Source of the DNA: Squalus acanthias
Lineage: Eukaryota
Assembly (NCBI GenBank): GCA_030390025.1
Contig: CM059432.1
Location: 14,696,001 to 14,760,000, forward strand
Length of the DNA stretch: 64,000 nt
Direction: 5' to 3'
Positions 61,103 through 64,000 of this stretch are shown piece after piece. The stretch's first letter is position 1. Each line of letters opens with the position of its first letter. The translations under genes were made by a program, and so were the position numbers. The notes under the pieces were generated by a model. The model had not been told where the DNA came from, did no database searches, and saw nothing but the letters and a program-made list of their open reading frames with translations.

Positions 61103-64000
61103 ATCATAGAAAGTTACAGCACGGAAGGAGGACATTTCGGCCCATCGTGTCCGCGCCAGCCAACAAAGAGCTATCCAGCCTAATCCCACTTCCTAGCTCT
61201 TGGTCCATAGCCCTGCAGGTTAGCGCATCCCAAGTGCACATCCAAGTACTTTTTAAATGTGGTTAGGGTTCCTGCCTCTACCACCCTTGCAGGCAGTGAG
61301 TTCCAGACCTCCACAACCCTCTGGGTGAAGAAATTTCCCCTCAAATCCCCTCTAAACCTTCCACCAATTACTTTAAATCTGTGCCCCCTGGTTTTTGACC
61401 CCTCTGCTAAGGGAAATAGGTCCTCTGTATCCACTTTATCTAGGCCCCTCATAATTTTATACACCTCAATAAGGTCTCCCCTCAGCCTCCTCTGTTCCAA
61501 GGAAAACAGACACAGCCTATCCAGTCTTTCCTCATAGCTAAGATTCTCTACACCTGCAACATCCTTGTAAATCTCCTCTGTACCCTCTCTAGTGCAATCA
61601 CATCTTTCCTGTAATGTGGTGACCAGAACTGCACGCAATACTCTAGCTGAGGCCTAACTAGTGTTTTATACAGTTGAAGCATAACCCCCCTGCTCTTGTA
61701 TTCTATGCCACGGCTAATAAAGGCAAGCATTCCATATGCCTTCTTAACCACCTTATCTACCTGGCCTGCTACCTTCAGGGATCTGTGGACATGCATTCCA
61801 AGGTCCCTTTGTTCCTCTACACTACTCAATGTCCTACCATTTAATGTGTATTCCCTTTCCGTGTTAGCCCTCCCCAAATGCATTACCTCACACTTCTCTG
61901 GATTGAATTCCATTTGCCACTGTTCTGCCCACCTGACCAATTTATTGATATCTTCCTGCAGTCTACAGCTTCCTTCTTCAGTATCAACCACACAGCCGAT
62001 TTTAGTATCATCTGCAAACTTCTTAATCATACCCCCTATATTCAAGTCAAGATCATTGATATATACAACAAAAAGCAAGGGACCTAGTACTGAGCTCTGC
62101 AGAACCCCACTGGAAACAGCCTTCCAGTCACAAAAACACCCATCAACCATTACCCTCTGCTTCCTGTCTCCGAGCCATTTTTGAATCCAACTTGACACTT
62201 TGCCCTGGATCCCTTGGGCTTTTAACTTCGTGACCAGTCTGCCATGTGGAACCTTATCAAAAGCCTTGCTAAAGTCCATATACACTACATCAAACGCACT
62301 ACCCTCATCTACCCTCCTTGTTACCTCCTCAAAAAATTCAATCAAGTTTGTCAGACACGACCTTGCCTTAACAAATCCGTGCTGACTATCCTTGACTAAT
62401 CCGTGTCTTTCTAAATGAAGATTTATCCTGTCCTTCAGAATTCTTTCCAATAATTTTCCCACCACCGAGGTTAGGCTGACTGGCCTGTAATTATTCGGTC
62501 TATCCTTTTCTCCCTATTTAAACAAGGGTACCACATTAGCAGTCCTCCAGTCCTCCGGCACCACACCTGAAGCCAGAGAGGATTGAAAAATAATAGTCAG
62601 GGCCTTTGCTATTTCCTCTTTTGCTTCGTTTAACAGCCTGGGATACATTTCATCCGGGCCTGGGGATTTATCCACTTTTAAAGCTGCTAAACCCTTTAAT
62701 ACTTCCTCTCTCACTATGTTTATTTCATCTAATATTTCAGACTCCTCCCCCGATAGCAATGTCTGCTTCGCCCCTCTCCTTTGTGAAAACAGATGCAAAG
62801 TATTCATTAAGAACCCTACCAACGTCTCCCGCCTCCACACACAGATTACCCCCATGATCTCTAATAGGCCCTACCCTTTCTTTAGTTATCCTCTTACTCT
62901 TAATATATTTATAAAACATCTTTGAGTTTTCCTTGATTTTACTTGCCAAGAATTTTTCATGCTCTCTCTTTGCTTTCCTAATATCCTTTTTAATTGCACC
63001 CCTGCACTTTCTGTACTCGAAAGATTCTGCAGTATTTAGCCCTCGCTATCTGTCATACGCCTCCCTTTTTTTCATTATCCTACCCTGTATGTCTCTAGAC
63101 ATCCAGGGGGCTCTAGATTTGTTAGTCACTCCTTTTTTCTTTAAGGGCACATGTTTGGTCTGAACCCTCCGTATCTCCTCCTTGAATGCCTCCCACTGCT
63201 CTGACACTGATTTACCTTCAAGTAGCTGTTTCCAGTCCACTATGGCTAAATCCCCTCTGAGCTTAGCAAAATTTGCTTTTCTCCAATTTAGAATTTTTAT
63301 TCTTGGTCTATCCTTGTCCTTTTCCATAACTACCTTAAATCTAACAGAATTCTGGTCACTAACACCAAAATGCTCCCCCACTGATACGCCTTCTACCTGC
63401 CCAGCTTCATTCCCTAAAACTAAGTCCAGAACCACCCCCTCCCTTGTTGGGCTTGCTACATACTGGCTAAAAAGGTTCTCCTGGATGCATTTTAGGAATT
63501 CCGCACCTTCTATACCCTTCACACTAATTTTATCCCAGTTAATATTGGGGTAGTTGAAATCCCCTACTATTACTGCCCTATAGTTTTTGCACTTCTCAGA
63601 AATTTGTCAACATATTTGTTCTTCTATCTCCCTTTCACTGTTTGGGGGTCTGTAGTACACTCCCAGCAGTGTGATCGCTCCTTTTTTGTTTTTCAATTCG
63701 ACCCATATGGCCTCGTTTGATGATCCCTCCAACATATCATCCCTCCTCACAGCTGTAATAGTTTCTTTAATCAGTACCGCGACCCCCCCTCCCTTTTTAC
63801 CTCCCTCTCTATCCCGTCTGAAAATCCTGTAACTAGGAATGTTGAGCTGCCATACCTGCCCCTCTTTCAGCCACGTCTCTGTAATAGCTATAATATCATA
63901 GTCCCAAGTATCTACCTGTGCCCTCAGTTCATCTGCCTTGTTTGCTATACTCCTTGCATTGAAGTATATACCATTTAGTACAGGCAAACCTCGTTGTTGA
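61103..64000 (-). mobile_element. Relatively young CR1 LINE; ORF2 nearly complete but broken; continues beyond the window
   Basis: Consecutive ORFs give NARSIANK, AITETWL, YYRPPN, KSPGPDEMYPR, DFSKAFDKVPH, FADDTKI and LEYCVQFW, followed by the 3' tail. Confidence 0.95.

Overview
This is eukaryotic, repeat-rich DNA, almost certainly from a cartilaginous fish (shark or ray), judged from HE1-type V-SINEs, SacSINE1-type DeuSINEs and HER1/CR1 LINEs. The whole window lies inside a minus-strand receptor protein tyrosine phosphatase gene whose peptides match PTPRM (RPTP-mu). Five coding exons of the first phosphatase (D1) domain can be read with canonical splice sites and consistent phases: 59425-59512, 51397-51473, 47508-47544, 21406-21503 and 1-112 (cut by the window edge). 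The introns are mostly transposon-derived: many CR1 copies, a second CR1-group LINE, L2/RTE/L1 fragments, SINEs, Penelope-like fragments with minimal hammerhead ribozymes, decayed PIF/Harbinger transposons with their MITEs, and one or two solo LTRs. Nearly all ORFs in the track are transposon fragments or noise. The most notable observations are: (1) an ORF2-less Tx1-like element inserted, with a 12-bp TSD, exactly in the Pol III A-box of a tRNA-derived SINE; (2) intact-looking hammerhead ribozymes, one of them sense to the PTPRM pre-mRNA; (3) a three-level nest of Harbinger > LINE > 1.69-kb solo LTR; (4) a Pro-to-Ala change in the conserved PTP motif IATQGP. No clearly new multi-gene system was found. 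Family names come from recognition of motifs, not from database searches, and many repeat boundaries are approximate.
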